A DNA stretch of 64,000 nt from the NCBI GenBank assembly GCA_965215265.1, contig OZ244048.1:4769178-4833177 (forward strand). Direction: 5' to 3'. Every line of letters starts with the position of its first letter. Within the stretch, counting starts at the first letter, position 1. This stretch comes from Candidatus Poribacteria bacterium. GTDB taxonomy: Bacteria > Poribacteria > WGA-4E > WGA-3G. Positions 59,774-64,000 of the stretch are shown here, in pieces. The notes under the pieces were generated by a model that was not told the origin of the DNA, ran no database searches, and was given only the letters and a program-made list of their open reading frames with translations. Position numbers and translations under genes: made by a program.

Positions 59774-61583
59774 ATGAAAATCACGCCGGTTAAAGGGAGA
59801 GCGATGCTGCACTGGGTGGGCAAACGCCCCCTCGAGACGGTAAGCAATTATCCCGCCCAATTGGTGGAAACTTGTAACGTTGAAAACGCAGAGAAAGAGC
59901 CGCTATATGATAGATTTTTGGAGGGGCCGAACCTCCTTTTTCACGGGGATAACAAGGAAATTCTCTCCACCTTACTTGTCAACGGTTTCCGGAGTAAGAT
60001 AGACCTCATCTACATTGACCCGCCCTTTGCCAGTGGTGCAGATTACGTCCGAAAGGTGAAACTCCGCGGCATTAGAGGGACTACTCTGAATGAAGGTGCT
60101 GGGAACCCGCGTGGGAGTAGGGGGGGGTAAAACCGATTCTTTAACAGGCGGAGGTCACTCCATTATTGAACAGACACAATATACTGACATCTGGGCGAAT
60201 GATAACTATCTCCAGTTCATGTTTGAGCGGCTTATCTTGATGCGGGAACTGCTGTCGGATGCTGGTTCTATTTACCTGCACTGTGACCCCACGATGAGTC
60301 ATTATCTGAAGTTACTCATGGATGAAATTTTTGGCACAAATCAATTTCGCAACGAAATTGTCTGGCTTTATCGAAAATGGACAAATGCGGTTGGATATTT
60401 TCAGCGAAATCATGATGTGATTCTCTTTTATAGTAAGAGTGACAGTTATCTCTTTAATAAATTGTTTAACCCTCATGCCCCACAAGCAACTAAGTATAAA
60501 CGAGGCTGGGATACAAACCGTGTTGCCGGTGTAAAGCAGCTAATTGTCTATAACAAAGAAAAGGCAAAAAACGAAATGTCGTCCGAAAAGTATGATAGAA
60601 TTGTTTATAGGTTAAATCCAGAGGGTACCGCTTTTGCAGATTGGTGGGAGTTAAACTATCTTTCATCAAGTTCAAGCGAACGTGTAGATTATCCGACACA
60701 AAAACCTGAAGCTCTAATAGAACGTATCATCAAAGCGTCAAGCAAGGAAGACTCCATCGTGCTGGATTGCTTCGTGGGCAGTGGCACCACCGCAGTCGTC
60801 GCTGAAAAACTCGGCAGACGCTGGATTGCCGCAGATCTGAACAGAGGGGCCATACAGACGACAATGAAACGCATCCAGACAACTATTGCCGAACACCGCG
60901 GCATCGCTCACTATCGCATCAATAACTATCACTTTGGCAAAGAACAGGAACTCCGCAGGCTCCTCATCGAAAAGTATGGCATAGAAACCGACAAGAAAGA
61001 CCGCTTCTTTGACGGCACCGTAGAGGGGACGCTTGTCAAAATCGTTGAGTTGACGAAACCGCTCACCCGATTAGATATTCAACTTATCAAAGACGAACTT
61101 CAGCACCGCCCTGATGAGACGCGCGCGGTGACGGTGCTATGCAACGGCAGCGAGTTGGGAATACAAGCCGAACTTGACGCAGAAAACAAGCGGCACCCGA
61201 TTAATCAACTCATCGTGCGGGACATCCAACGCGACGGTGTCACCACCTTCGCCCCTGCTGAAGCAGAAGTTGCCTTCAAAAGAGACGGGCAACACGTTAC
61301 CATCACCCTCGTAGATTATATCAGTCCGAGCCTCTTAGGGCGTTTGGAGATAGCCCGCACCCTCTTTGACGAACAAGTTGATGATTTCCGTGCGCAGATT
61401 GATTGCGTGCTGATAGATACGGACTACAACGGCACGCATTTCAGAATCGTTGAGAGTGATGTGCCGGAGAAGCAGAGCGATTTTATCAGGGGCCAATACA
61501 CGATAGTGCTGCCGCACCCTGATGCCCGCGTTGCCGTCAAGATTATTGATATGCTGGGTGAGGAAACCGTGGTAACCGAATAA
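59774..61583 (+). CDS. mod: Type III-like (beta-class) DNA methyltransferase Mod, frameshifted at G8 tract 60120-60127
   Basis: IDLIYIDPPF in frame 1; GSIYLHCD, FRNEIVW, YPTQKPEALIERII, DCFVGSGTT in frame 2; G7 restores one frame. Confidence 0.85.
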
Positions 61584-61965
61584 ACAGTTCGTATCTCTCC
61601 GTACCGTCAACGCTTATGTCGTGAGTCCTCGTGTGTAAATCTCGTCGGAGGTTTTCTCTGTTTAGATTCATATCATCAGACCCTCAGGCGAGATTTGTGC
61701 TTAGGTTTTCAAAACATATATTTGTGAAGTTCGTTGACGAACCTTTTGCAGCCGGAGGTATTTTATCATAAACCCACTGCTTTTGTCACACGTTTCTAAA
61801 CAAAAACCTTTCACGACAAAACTAAAAAAAATGAAGGTAAGTGAGAAAATGAAAAAAGTAGTGAGAATTGCATGGGTGGTTTCCGGTCCTTCATATTTTT
61901 CCGGTTGCATGATTTTTATCGTAGGTTTCGGATGATATACAGTCTATTGATGTTCGTGCTTAAAT

Positions 61966-62006
61966 AAGAGTGGGCGGATATTTAAAACATCCGCCCTGAT
62001 ACTCTT
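61966..62006 (-). terminator. Terminator hairpin downstream of groEL
   Basis: AAGAGT-GGGCGGAT...ATCCGCCC..ACTCTT inverted repeat. Confidence 0.65.
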
Positions 62007-62049
62007 TTTAGTGTCCGTTGAGTACAAAAACCTGTCCGAAGAATAGGTT

Positions 62050-63982
<1,933 letters not shown>

Positions 63983-64000
63983 CTTTTTAAATCCTCCTTA

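Overview
64 kb of bacterial chromosome, most likely Candidatus Poribacteria or a relative. This is inferred from secreted proteins ending in a KLTTTWGxLK motif, a dockerin-like protein, a PhyH dioxygenase and WD40/NHL/TPR/FG-GAP repeat proteins. Most of the window is housekeeping: secA 3' end, polysaccharide genes, sppA, recQ, glnE, gdh, pdxJ, rluB, mnmE-jag-yidC-yidD-rnpA, rimI, groES/EL. Several things are hidden by the ORF track. (1) An accessory island at 23.8-27.9 kb: a strong promoter, a leader ORF ending in a poly-C tract just before a terminator, then a PA14/FGE-CLec lipoprotein whose 3' end looks like a DGR variable repeat (in-repeat frameshift, pyrimidine tract, cruciform hairpin; no RT or template in the window), then an Rpn nuclease with an internal small-protein start, flanked by ~150-bp direct repeats. 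(2) A secreted thioredoxin-TPR selenoprotein (UxxC, in-frame UGA plus SECIS-like hairpin). (3) A sigma-70 factor with a degenerate duplicated region 1.2-2. (4) larC split by a -1 slippery A10G site. (5) An orphan type III Mod methyltransferase broken at a G8 tract. No rRNA, tRNA, CRISPR array or intact IS was recognised.
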